A stretch of DNA of 63,379 bases, the filler included, from Lentisphaeria bacterium (GTDB lineage Bacteria; Verrucomicrobiota; Lentisphaeria; JABSQK01; JAWLHB01): the NCBI GenBank assembly GCA_041690595.1. It is 5 parts of 5 records of this genome, joined end to end, with 100 filler letters (N's around TTAATTAATTAA, not from the genome) between each part and the next. Parts side by side here need not be neighbours in the genome. Positions count along the whole stretch, not along the records: positions 1 to 17,129 come from JAWLHB010000075.1; positions 17,230 to 31,451 come from JAWLHB010000077.1; 3 more parts are not named here. The stretch is one strand, 5' to 3'. Under the pieces are notes generated by a model. The model ran no database searches and was not told the origin of the DNA. It saw only the letters and a list, made by a program, of their open reading frames with translations. A program made the translations under genes and the position numbers. Positions 9,816-20,953 of this stretch are shown here, in pieces (position 1 is the stretch's first letter; every line of letters begins with the position of its first letter).

Positions 9816-12800
9816 CTTTATCGCCTCCAGCTTCCCCCTCCTCCTCATGAGGAGGTATCTCCGGCTCCTCCGGTGGCAGCACCTCTTCTTCCGACGGCGA
9901 CGCGACCGGAGGAACCTCCGTTGGAGCCCACTCTTCCGGCCGCCGTCGCCGCGGCACCGTCACCGCGACATGATAGACTATCCAGATGATCAGGACCATG
10001 AACGCGCCTGCCACCACGGCGTTGTTCACCATGGCCAGCGCCAGAGAGGGCATCAACACCACTATCGCCAGGTAGATGATGACCAGGCTACCCACCACCC
10101 ACGCACGCCTCTGCAGCGTGGCCGGCGTCAGCCAGAGACCGATGGCGATCCCAATCAGCAGCACCAGCCCCTTCACGATCCAGTCGCGCAGCAACAGCAA
10201 CCGCAGCGCCCCCGCGAGTTCAGGCGCGGGGCGAAGGCTCGAATAGAGCAGGTGCCGTCCGTCGACCGCAAAGCTCTTCAACTGCTCGACTTCGGCTGGA
10301 GTCCCCTCCGCCACCCAGGCCAGCAGCGATTCGCTCTCCCGGTTGGCCCGCGGCAGCGCCGAAAAGCCACGCGTGGCCCAGACCATTTCATGAGTCCACG
10401 CACCCAGTCCGCCCAGATACGTCAGATCCTCCGGCACGAAGACCGAAAGATAGATCCTCTGGACTGCCGGTTCCCGCGGGAACGACGGTATCATCAACAT
10501 GCGATCGGCGTCTACCAGGTAGCGCAGCTCCAACAGGAAAGCCTGGTCGGCGTTATTGCCGGCCAGCGGTACATGGTAATCGCCACCGTCACCGGATTCC
10601 AGCGGCACTGGACGCCCGTTGACGCGCAGCGGTTGCGCGTCGAAGCTGGGCTCGCCGGGCAGGCGAACGATCAAGCGCTGGTGTACGCTGCGGATCTGGT
10701 AGAGAGCTTGAACGCTGATCACACCGCCGCGCGTCAGGACCATGCGCACAAGACCACGCTCGATACTGGTCGCCTTCACCGCCCGTGTCTCGTACCGCAC
10801 CGCCTGCAGCACCAACTCCCACTCATCATGGAACTCAAGAGCCATGGCGGCATTGGCCATCGTTACGTTGTGCATGAGATCCTGCCGTGGATCGATCGGC
10901 CGCAACCCACGTGTGCCTTCGGCGGGTGTGACATCGATCGATTCCGCCTTGTTCAGCACGATCTGCCCCCACGCGCGATTCACCTCTTGCGGCACCAGTC
11001 GCGGCACCACGATCTCCACATTCTGCCCCACCTGCAGCTCATCCATCCGCGATTCCCATGTCAACTCCACCATCTGTACACCCAGAAATTCCCGCTGCCC
11101 ATGGATGGCAATGGCCACCAAGCCTTCCGCGGGCGCAGGCTCCGCTTCGCCCACGGCAATTCTGCTTTCCCGCAAACCGGCCGTCGTCAGGCGGACGCGC
11201 TCCGCAATCTCCTCTGGAACATCGATCCGCAGTTGCCGTACACCGCTGTACTGGATGGTGTAGTACAGGCGAAGGTTGTAGTTGACGACCCCCGACTCGA
11301 CATTCGTTATCAGTAGCTGCCCCACTGTCACCTGCGGCCTGCGCACCTGCGCCTGCAGCGTCACGGCGGCCTGCTCTCCGGCCGAAGCATAGGCAAGGAC
11401 AAGCTGCCAGCCGGGATCGAGCTTCCCGGGACTCGCCAAGGCACTGATCGGACGAAGTCCACGGTTCTCCAGCTCGGTCAGCCGGAGGCTTTCCACCGTC
11501 AGTATCTGCAGCGTTCCATCCTGCCGCTCAACCGTCTCGGCGGGAACACCCGGCAGCGGCACCTCGATTCGCGCCGGATCGGCGGCCGGCGACCGGAGCC
11601 CCTCCTCTTCCAGGACCCTGTACAGCTCGATAATCAGGTCGAACGGTTCGCGCATCTCGCTGGCGAGATTCGCCGTGAGGATCCGTCGTTCGCCCTCGCT
11701 CACGTGATGACTATTGAGGTAGAGGCTCTGCTCCTCATTCGTCGCCTTCACCTCCACCTGGCGCACCTCGAAACCGTCAGGGATTAAGGCCTGCGCCTGA
11801 AAAAGTCCGGCGCGTTCGATGCGATAACGGTGGCGCACCGTCAGCTTCAGCTCATCGGGCAGCAGCCACGCCTGTGCGGTAGTGGTTACCGCCACTCTCG
11901 GCAAGACCGGCAGGACGTCGAAGACCAGCCGATACGGCATCGAGCTGTATCGAAAGGCACTCCAGACGCCCGATGGCTTCTCCCGCATCTCCTCAGCCTT
12001 GATATCAGCCCGCGAAAGCCCCTGCCGCTCCACCACCTCGGGCGATAGCCGATCGTCCGGAGCCAATACCAGAATTCCCTGCTGCCGCACGACCCCCAGC
12101 GCGCGCACCAGTGGCGCCTCCAGCCGTTGACTGCCCTTTACGAAGAACTCCGTCTCCAGCACCACCTCCTGCGACTCCTTCACCGGCTCGAACAAAGCCA
12201 CGATCACCCGCTGCATCCCCTCCTCGCCATCCTTCACACTCCATTCCCGTACATTCTCGCTCAGCACGTTGACCACCTTGTGCTCCGGCGATACGTCGAT
12301 CTCAAAGGAGGTGACCGGCGCCCGGCTGACCTGATAGCTCAGCGTATGGCGGGCGCGAAGCACCCCCTCGCCGATCTCCAGCACGTGCATCCCCCGAACC
12401 GTTATCAGCGGCTCCAGCCCCCGCGCCCCCTCCGCCTTGGGTGTCCAGGTGATGCGTACCTGCTCCGGCGCACCGAGAAACGCCAGGATACGGCTCTCCG
12501 ACTCCCCTTCGGCGGGCGGCACGGAACTAACCGCGATCGGTGGATCGATCTGAATGTCCACCCCAGCTTCCGCGACGCTCACCCGCCACTGGCTGACCGG
12601 CGCCCTGGGCGGATGAAACAATGCTTCGTTGCGCCCTTCCCGCCGTCCATAGCGGCTGATGAACGTAAACGACAGCTCCAGACTGGCAGGTTCATCCTGG
12701 CGATGTTCCACCAACAGCGTATAGCCATCCGACACGTTACCCGCAAGCCGTGCCGGCTGATCGCCGAGCATGGCCGTCGTTATCGCCGAGCCCTGCAGGC

Positions 12801-13209
12801 GTAAGGGGATCTCATGCCATCCGCGACGCAGAAGGTCCACCGTCATCACGGCCTTCGCCTCGACCACTTCGCCCTTCACCCGCGCCTCCACAACCAGCTC
12901 GCGCGCCATGACGCCCGGACCTTCCACCTTACGGCGCTCTTGCTTCTCATGCTGAAGCGCCGCCTGCCACAACCGCTGAAATTCCTCGTACGGAACAAAC
13001 ACCCCCCGTCCTTCCTGCTCGAAGACTTCCTTCAGCTTGTTGTACGGAATGTAGATGCTTTGCTCACGCAAACCCCTGTCCACCACCGACGCATCCACCG
13101 GTTCCGCAACCGGCGCCGCCTCAGGCGCTGCCGGCTCCACCTCCTGCGAACCCACCGCGATGATCAGCATGAAAGCCAACAGGCCACACAAACACCGAAA
13201 GCTACGCAT
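9808..13209 (-). CDS. Large (~1133 aa) membrane-anchored protein, paralog of each half of the downstream giant protein
   Basis: AGGAG RBS before MRSFRCLCGLLAF; signal peptide, about five beta-rich modules, three C-terminal TM helices, acidic/Pro tail. Confidence 0.85.
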   Translation of the reverse strand: MRSFRCLCGLLAFMLIIAVGSQEVEPAAPEAAPVAEPVDASVVDRGLREQSIYIPYNKLKEVFEQEGRGVFVPYEEFQRLWQAALQHEKQERRKVEGPGVMARELVVEARVKGEVVEAKAVMTVDLLRRGWHEIPLRLQGSAITTAMLGDQPARLAGNVSDGYTLLVEHRQDEPASLELSFTFISRYGRREGRNEALFHPPRAPVSQWRVSVAEAGVDIQIDPPIAVSSVPPAEGESESRILAFLGAPEQVRITWTPKAEGARGLEPLITVRGMHVLEIGEGVLRARHTLSYQVSRAPVTSFEIDVSPEHKVVNVLSENVREWSVKDGEEGMQRVIVALFEPVKESQEVVLETEFFVKGSQRLEAPLVRALGVVRQQGILVLAPDDRLSPEVVERQGLSRADIKAEEMREKPSGVWSAFRYSSMPYRLVFDVLPVLPRVAVTTTAQAWLLPDELKLTVRHRYRIERAGLFQAQALIPDGFEVRQVEVKATNEEQSLYLNSHHVSEGERRILTANLASEMREPFDLIIELYRVLEEEGLRSPAADPARIEVPLPGVPAETVERQDGTLQILTVESLRLTELENRGLRPISALASPGKLDPGWQLVLAYASAGEQAAVTLQAQVRRPQVTVGQLLITNVESGVVNYNLRLYYTIQYSGVRQLRIDVPEEIAERVRLTTAGLRESRIAVGEAEPAPAEGLVAIAIHGQREFLGVQMVELTWESRMDELQVGQNVEIVVPRLVPQEVNRAWGQIVLNKAESIDVTPAEGTRGLRPIDPRQDLMHNVTMANAAMALEFHDEWELVLQAVRYETRAVKATSIERGLVRMVLTRGGVISVQALYQIRSVHQRLIVRLPGEPSFDAQPLRVNGRPVPLESGDGGDYHVPLAGNNADQAFLLELRYLVDADRMLMIPSFPREPAVQRIYLSVFVPEDLTYLGGLGAWTHEMVWATRGFSALPRANRESESLLAWVAEGTPAEVEQLKSFAVDGRHLLYSSLRPAPELAGALRLLLLRDWIVKGLVLLIGIAIGLWLTPATLQRRAWVVGSLVIIYLAIVVLMPSLALAMVNNAVVAGAFMVLIIWIVYHVAVTVPRRRRPEEWAPTEVPPVASPSEEEVLPPEEPEIPPHEEEGEAGGDKDA

Positions 13210-13266
13210 TCGTCTCACTCCTTCTGCCAGAGATGACAAGGTGCACCAGATCCCATTCATGTCACA

Positions 13267-13295
13267 AGCGTAGCGTACCAAACAACTCCAGTCAA
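13267..13295 (-). promoter_or_regulatory. Sigma70-like promoter for the giant-protein operon
   Basis: TTGACT-17 bp-TACGCT on the minus strand, ~60 nt upstream of ATG 13209. Confidence 0.55.
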
Positions 13296-13410
13296 CAATG
13301 AGCTTGTAAACAGCATGTAAAAGATTCTTCAACCTCTTTTCGGCTTTCCCCTTCTTCGCGCTATACTAAGGCGTCAACCTGCCCTCGACTCAGCACCTGG
13401 AGAACACATC

Positions 13411-14793
13411 ATGCTCGACATCGGCTCCCGCCTTGAACCTCTTGTGGACACGTTCCTTATCGAAACGTTGCGCGGCCTCACCCTGCGTCTGCACCATCCC
13501 CAACCAGCCAATCGCGCCCTGACCTTCGACCGCCCCTGGGAGGGAGCATTCTGCGGCTACGCCACCGTCATTCAGGATGAAGATCGTTTCCGCCTCTATT
13601 ACCGCGGCTGGCCGCGCACCGTCGCTCTCGATGCGGTGACCTGCTACGCCGAAAGCGAAGATGGCGTCACCTTCGAACGACCGGTGCTTGGCCTGCATGA
13701 AGCGGAAGGAGAGCGCGATACCAACGTCATCCTGGTAAAGAACGATGGTACCCACAACTTCGCCCCCTTTCGCGATTCACGCCCGGGTATCCCGGAAGAC
13801 GAGCGCTACAAGGCCCTGGCCTCCGACTCCAATTGCGATTCCCCCGCACTCTGCGCTTACGCCTCCGCCGACGGCATCCGCTGGCGACGCCTCCAGCAGG
13901 AGCCCGTCCTCACCAAAGGCGCTTTCGACAGCCAGAATGTCGCCTTCTGGTCCGCCCGCGAGAACTGCTATGTCGCCTTTTACCGCACCTGGCACGGCGC
14001 CGTGGATCCAACCCAATTCCTGGGACAGCGTACCGTCAGTCGCAGTACCTCCGACGACTTCACCCACTGGAGCGAGCCGGTCGAAATGAGCTATGGCGAT
14101 ACGCCGCGCGAAGAGCTTTACACCAACCAGACACACCCCTACTTTCGCGCCCCCCACATCTATGTCGCCACCCCCATGCGCTTCCTCCCCCACCGTCAGC
14201 GCATGACCGAAGAGCTGGCACGCGAATTCGGCGTCATCGACACCTATTGGCAGCAGATCGCTGACGGCGTCTTCATGACCTCCCGCGGCGAGGATCGCTA
14301 CGATCGCACCTTCATGGAAGGATTCCTGCGCCCAGGCCCCGACCTCGACAACTGGGTTTCCCGTACCAACATGGCCGCCTGCGGCGTCGTCCAGACCGGC
14401 CCCCGCGAGATGTCCATTTACTATCAGCATCGCTATGCCCAGCCCGCCCAGTACCTGATGCGCTACACCATGCGCCTCGATGGCTTCAGCTCCGTCAACG
14501 CACCCTATGCCGGCGGCGAATTGCTGACCAAGCCACTGCGCTTCACCGGCAGCAAGCTTCAGCTCAACATGGCGACCTCAGCCCCCGGCTCCGTTCAAGT
14601 CGAGATCCAGGACGAGCAGGGAACGCCGCTTGCCGGCCACTCCCTCGCCGAAGCTGACCTCCTCTATGGCGATGATATCGACCGCACCGTCACCTGGCAA
14701 GGCAGCCACGACCTGCGCAAGCTGGCCGGAAGACAGATCCGCCTCCGCATGGTCATGAGCGATGCCGATCTCTATGCGTTGCGCTTTGCCTGA
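13411..14793 (+). CDS. Glycoside-hydrolase-like beta-propeller protein (GH32/43/130-like fold), substrate unknown
   Basis: 'FDRPWEG..CGYATV', 'YAESEDG..F', 'SADGIRW', 'FDSQN', 'STSDDF.HW' blades; C-terminal beta-sandwich; GGAG RBS. Confidence 0.65.
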   Translation: MLDIGSRLEPLVDTFLIETLRGLTLRLHHPQPANRALTFDRPWEGAFCGYATVIQDEDRFRLYYRGWPRTVALDAVTCYAESEDGVTFERPVLGLHEAEGERDTNVILVKNDGTHNFAPFRDSRPGIPEDERYKALASDSNCDSPALCAYASADGIRWRRLQQEPVLTKGAFDSQNVAFWSARENCYVAFYRTWHGAVDPTQFLGQRTVSRSTSDDFTHWSEPVEMSYGDTPREELYTNQTHPYFRAPHIYVATPMRFLPHRQRMTEELAREFGVIDTYWQQIADGVFMTSRGEDRYDRTFMEGFLRPGPDLDNWVSRTNMAACGVVQTGPREMSIYYQHRYAQPAQYLMRYTMRLDGFSSVNAPYAGGELLTKPLRFTGSKLQLNMATSAPGSVQVEIQDEQGTPLAGHSLAEADLLYGDDIDRTVTWQGSHDLRKLAGRQIRLRMVMSDADLYALRFA

Positions 14794-16730
14794 TCCCGCG
14801 GCCCAACCTCACGCGTGGAGAAGGGGCGGAAGCCCACCTCCATCGCTGGAGAATCGGGCGACAGGGTGAAATCCGCCTGTTGCGGGTCGGCAAAGCCGGG
14901 ATCGGCTATCCGGCTGCCCCGGTCATGCCCCTTCTCGCGCCACGCCTCGAAGCTCAGCTCCCCAAAGCGAATCTCCTCCCCATCGGCGCGATAATAAAGG
15001 TTGTTGGCGAAGCTCACCTGCTCGACCGTCGCCTTGCCCAGATCGTAGCCGAACAAGCGCCCGGAATCGAAATAGACGATATTGCGCTCGAAAGCGATCG
15101 ACCGGTGCGCCTCCAGCCTCGTCAAGGCCAGCTGCTCCATCTCGCCACAAGCCCAGATGTTGTTCACGATCTGGTTGTTGCGGCCATAGTGCTGGTGGAA
15201 GACCGCGCTCTTCGTGCGATAGGAGAGATTGTTCTCGATAAGAATGTCGCTGCTTCCCTCATCCGTATAGATGGCCCAGCCGCCGTAGCCGCGCGAGCAG
15301 ATATCGTGGAAGACATTATGGCGGATGCGCGTCCCACCGCTGACACCCAGCGTATAGATGCCACCCATGTCGCTGAGGCGCCCTTGGCCGATATCATGTA
15401 CGTGATTGTATTCGATGACGTTGCCGTAGGCGCGCCCGTCACTGTAATTCCACAACCAACCCACCGAGATGCCGCTGTAGTAGAGGTGATGAATGTGATT
15501 GTGCACAATGCGATTGCCGCAAGCCTGGCCCACCATAACACCGACGCCGCAATGAAAGCGCCGCCCGCCGTAGGCGATCTCGCAATCGGTCACCGTATTG
15601 CGATTGCAGTCATGCCAGATCCTGATGCCGCCGGCACCAAGTTCGCGCAAGTGGCAACCTTCGATCCGTACGTCGCGGCACGCATCCAGCAACACAATCC
15701 CATAACTGCCCAGATGCTCGAACGTGCAGTCGATCAGCCGCACATCCTCGCAGTGCCGCAGCTCGACGGCCCCAGGAACCCGGTATGCCGACTGACCGAA
15801 GTCGCAATCGCCGGCCGGCAGTGGCCACTCCGCGTGGGCGAAGGTGATGCCGCGTATCTCCAGGTGCCGTACTGGTGCATGCCGATCCCGATAGCCCTCG
15901 CCAATCAACACCTGCTCCAGATATGGCGCAATCACCGTTGCCGTCTCCAGCCTCTCATCCGCCAGCGGCAGGTAGATCAGCGTCCCTTCCGCGCCATCGA
16001 GGTACCATTCTCCAGGCGCCAGAGCCTCACGCACATTCTCCACGTAGTACTCCGCGAAGCCCGATTCATGGTCATCCGTCAGATTCTTGTTGCTCTCTCG
16101 GTCCAGAACGACCAGCCGCTGCGCTTCGTCCAGAGAGCGTATCCACATGCGCGATTCCGTCCAGAAGGAGAGCGCCACCACCTCCACGTCCGGCAGATTG
16201 TGAAAGGACCGCAGATCCGCCCCGCGATAGGTGAACCGGTACTGCCCCGTACGATAGAAGCAAGCCTCGTCCAGATCCGGCAGGGCCTCGATGCGATAAT
16301 ACCCCTCCCGCGGCAGCCGCGGCCGGAAGCGTGCTTCCCCATTCACGATCAGCTGCGTGAAGCGCCAGCGCCCCACTTTCGCCTCCGGCACCGACGCAAT
16401 CCAGGCACGCTCACCATCGACAAACCTCTCCACAAAGCCGTCAATTCTTCGCCCGCCGCTGATTACCGGCTTGGCTCCCGGCGCCGCTTCCCATCGCGTC
16501 GGCGCACCGGGATTCCCCCCGATCGTCAAACGCATCGGCGACGTCAGAAAGTAGGTGCCATCCGCCAGGACGACTCGGATCGATGCGTCGGGTGAGCCTT
16601 TGCGGCAGTTCCGGATGAGCGTCAGGGCTCGTGCCGGCGTGGCAATGGCCGTAGCCGCGGAGCGCCCCGAGGCGCGATCGTCACCATCTGGCGCAACATG
16701 CACAACGAACTCATCAGACATGGAACCCAT
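14772..16730 (-). CDS. Right-handed parallel beta-helix protein (GH141-like)
   Basis: 'VHVAPDGDD', 'ISGGRRI', 'DMGGIYTLG', 'GGWAIYTDEGSS' and N-ladder repeats; overlaps the convergent gene by 22 bp. Confidence 0.75.
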   Translation of the reverse strand: MGSMSDEFVVHVAPDGDDRASGRSAATAIATPARALTLIRNCRKGSPDASIRVVLADGTYFLTSPMRLTIGGNPGAPTRWEAAPGAKPVISGGRRIDGFVERFVDGERAWIASVPEAKVGRWRFTQLIVNGEARFRPRLPREGYYRIEALPDLDEACFYRTGQYRFTYRGADLRSFHNLPDVEVVALSFWTESRMWIRSLDEAQRLVVLDRESNKNLTDDHESGFAEYYVENVREALAPGEWYLDGAEGTLIYLPLADERLETATVIAPYLEQVLIGEGYRDRHAPVRHLEIRGITFAHAEWPLPAGDCDFGQSAYRVPGAVELRHCEDVRLIDCTFEHLGSYGIVLLDACRDVRIEGCHLRELGAGGIRIWHDCNRNTVTDCEIAYGGRRFHCGVGVMVGQACGNRIVHNHIHHLYYSGISVGWLWNYSDGRAYGNVIEYNHVHDIGQGRLSDMGGIYTLGVSGGTRIRHNVFHDICSRGYGGWAIYTDEGSSDILIENNLSYRTKSAVFHQHYGRNNQIVNNIWACGEMEQLALTRLEAHRSIAFERNIVYFDSGRLFGYDLGKATVEQVSFANNLYYRADGEEIRFGELSFEAWREKGHDRGSRIADPGFADPQQADFTLSPDSPAMEVGFRPFSTREVGPRDQAKRNA

Positions 16731-16796
16731 CCCCGGATTTATTGGATTAGTGGCAGAGAAGCTCTACTGTACGCAGACATCATCAGGAGTACAGTC

Positions 16797-16931
16797 ATGG
16801 AATGGATTTTCGGCGCCATCATCTTCATCCCCCTCGTCATCATTGCGCTTGTCATCATGCGCGTCGATCTCCTCCTGCACTACCACAGCACCGACGACGA
16901 GACCGAATCCGACTCCCCTCCCCCCGAATAA
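16797..16931 (+). CDS. Small (44 aa) single-pass membrane protein
   Basis: AGGAG RBS 7 nt before ATG; MEWIFGAIIFIPLVIIALVIM followed by an acidic tail. Confidence 0.55.
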   Translation: MEWIFGAIIFIPLVIIALVIMRVDLLLHYHSTDDETESDSPPPE

Positions 16932-17009
16932 TCGCTCGCTGCTCTGCTCGAACAAATCAGTGAGCCTCCCCCTTTCTTGGGCACACCCCCGAGTGCCTCC
17001 GCCGTTGGA

Positions 17010-17129
17010 CCTCAGCCCGGGGACAGGTACTTCCCTCAGCCCGGGGACAGGTACATTCCCTCAGCCCGGGGACAGGTACATTCCCTCAGCCCGGGGACAG
17101 GTACATTCCCTCAGCCCGGGGACAGGTAC
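17010..17129 (+). repeat. Tandem 25-bp repeat (CCCTCAGCCCGGGGACAGGTACATT), about 5 copies, running into the contig end; REP-like
   Basis: Read directly; same GGGGACAGGTAC core as 45125-45492. Confidence 0.9.
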
Positions 17130-17229
17130 NNNNNNNNNNNNNNNNNNNNNNNNNNNNNNNNNNNNNNNNNNNNTTAATTAATTAANNNNNNNNNNNNNNN
17201 NNNNNNNNNNNNNNNNNNNNNNNNNNNNN
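17130..17229. other. Artificial contig linker (Ns + TTAATTAATTAA)
   Basis: 100-nt N run containing an all-frame-stop linker; identical at four places. Confidence 0.98.
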
Positions 17230-17313
17230 CCAAGCGCCGAAAAGTATTCGGAGGATCACGGAGATCCAAAAGTGAGGTGAACTTATTTCCGCAGAAATGC
17301 CCACAAGCGGCAA

Positions 17314-17341
17314 ATTTTTAACACGCCATGTCAGACTCGTC
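17314..17341. repeat. Second copy of the 28-bp motif at 72-99
   Basis: 26/28 identity to 72-99. Confidence 0.55.
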
Positions 17342-17362
17342 CTCTCCGCCCCACCCCATACC

Positions 17363-17401
17363 TTGCCGGGAGCTGGAGATCCGATCTCCAGCTCCCGGCA
17401 A
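17363..17401. repeat. Perfect palindrome with 19-bp arms (REP-like hairpin)
   Basis: TTGCCGGGAGCTGGAGATC-C-GATCTCCAGCTCCCGGCAA. Confidence 0.85.
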
Positions 17402-17410
17402 GCAGCAATG

Positions 17411-17460
17411 AGGGGTCTGGGGAGGTGCGCCTCCCCAGCGGGGTCCGGGGCAGCGCCCCG
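17411..17460. repeat. GC-rich double-hairpin element (CTGGGGAGG..CCTCCCCAG and GGGGC..GCCCC)
   Basis: Two short stem-loops read directly, downstream of the M14 peptidase gene. Confidence 0.5.
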
Positions 17461-17487
17461 CCGATGGCCTCCCCGCGTCCCCGCCTC

Positions 17488-18594
17488 TCAAGTGAGCTTG
17501 GCGATGATGGTCTGCGCCAGGCGACGCCCGATCTCCCGATAGTCGTCGATCTCCAGGACGCGATCCCGGATGCGCGAATACGGAGTCTCCATCGAGAGTC
17601 CCGGTATGCCCAGATCCTTGCAGTACTTGATGAAGGTGGGCGTCTCCCAGCGGGACGCATAGGTCGCATAAACCATGAAGGCGGGAGCGCTCCAATCCTC
17701 CCCGAGCCCTTCTCCAAGCTCCTTGGCCCAGGCCACGCTTGCCGTGCAGCATGCCGGCAGGAATCCATAGACGCCCGCCGTCTCAGAGAGCCCCGGGCAG
17801 TGGGAATCGAGGGCATAGGCCGGACGGCAACGCTCGCACCAGCGCCGCATGTCCCGTTGAACCACCAGCGCCTCGTGGCGCATTGGCGGCGAGCCCCAGC
17901 TGCGATTCAGGTCATACGGAAAATTATCCTTGCCGTAGTCCCCCTGCATCACCCCGTCGAGGTTCAGCAGCGGCACCGACCAGACCACCACCCGTCGCTC
18001 CTGCCGCTCGGCAAACCACCGCAGCATCCCGTCGAGCACCCAGCTTCCGCCCACCTCGCCGGAATGCTGCCGCGACACAAGAAAAAGCCCCGGCCGTTCG
18101 TCGCCCGGCTGGCTGTAGTCGTTCACCAGACGCACCATGGGCCGCCCTCCCTGCGTCACGCCGATGGTATCCGCCTTCCAATACCCATTCCCATCCGTCA
18201 CCACCTGCTGCTCATCCTCCGGTCCATACGGGAAGCAGAGGGCGACATCCGTTTCGCGCTGCGTCAGCTCGACCGTCCAGCTTCCCGCCCCCCGGCCGTC
18301 TTCGCTGCGCAGGCACTCCCCCGCCTCCAGCCGCCGCCACATTTCGCCCGCCGGCCGCATGACCGGATGCACCTTGTCAGGCTGACTCGCCCCCAGGGAG
18401 TTCTCCATGTTCACCCACTCCAGACGCACCATCCGGGGCAACACTCCGTCCGTGACGATGCGAAAGCAGAACCACATGCTCTCCGGTCCACCATGAGGAT
18501 CCGCGGTAAAACGGATGACAGGCAACTCGCCCTCCGCGTCAACTTGAAAGGCACACCCATTGCCGAAAGGCAGATCCGTCGTCACGTGCAGCAT
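17488..18594 (-). CDS. M14-family zinc carboxypeptidase (cytosolic carboxypeptidase-like)
   Basis: HxxE (QHSGE), NLDG, DLNR, DSH, catalytic Glu in SMETP; AGGAG RBS. Confidence 0.8.
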   Translation of the reverse strand: MLHVTTDLPFGNGCAFQVDAEGELPVIRFTADPHGGPESMWFCFRIVTDGVLPRMVRLEWVNMENSLGASQPDKVHPVMRPAGEMWRRLEAGECLRSEDGRGAGSWTVELTQRETDVALCFPYGPEDEQQVVTDGNGYWKADTIGVTQGGRPMVRLVNDYSQPGDERPGLFLVSRQHSGEVGGSWVLDGMLRWFAERQERRVVVWSVPLLNLDGVMQGDYGKDNFPYDLNRSWGSPPMRHEALVVQRDMRRWCERCRPAYALDSHCPGLSETAGVYGFLPACCTASVAWAKELGEGLGEDWSAPAFMVYATYASRWETPTFIKYCKDLGIPGLSMETPYSRIRDRVLEIDDYREIGRRLAQTIIAKLT

Positions 18595-18690
18595 CGCCAA
18601 AACTCCTGTAGACTTGATTCTTCCCGACCTCGGGCGGACAGCGCCCGTCTCCAGACTCTACCTCACCGAGCCCTCACCGCAAGGCGCGCG

Positions 18691-18733
18691 GAAACGAAAA
18701 CGCCACGCTCCGCGGGAGGCGAAGCGTGGCGTT
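18691..18733 (-). terminator. Intrinsic terminator after eno
   Basis: Stem AACGCCACGCT/AGCGTGGCGTT followed by a T-rich tract on the minus strand, ~25 nt after the eno stop. Confidence 0.6.
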
Positions 18734-18757
18734 GGGAATCAAACCGGCTCAGTCGGC

Positions 18758-20874
<2,117 letters not shown>

Positions 20875-20953
20875 AGCGCCGCGGAAAGGGTACTATGCAC
20901 CGCAACCGCCCTTTCGCAAAGCCCCCTGCGCGCTTTGCCGCGAAGAGTTGTCC

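Noticed and set aside
17010..17129. CRISPR array
   Set aside because: Units are head-to-tail with no unique spacers and there are no cas genes in the window. The same applies to 45125-45492.
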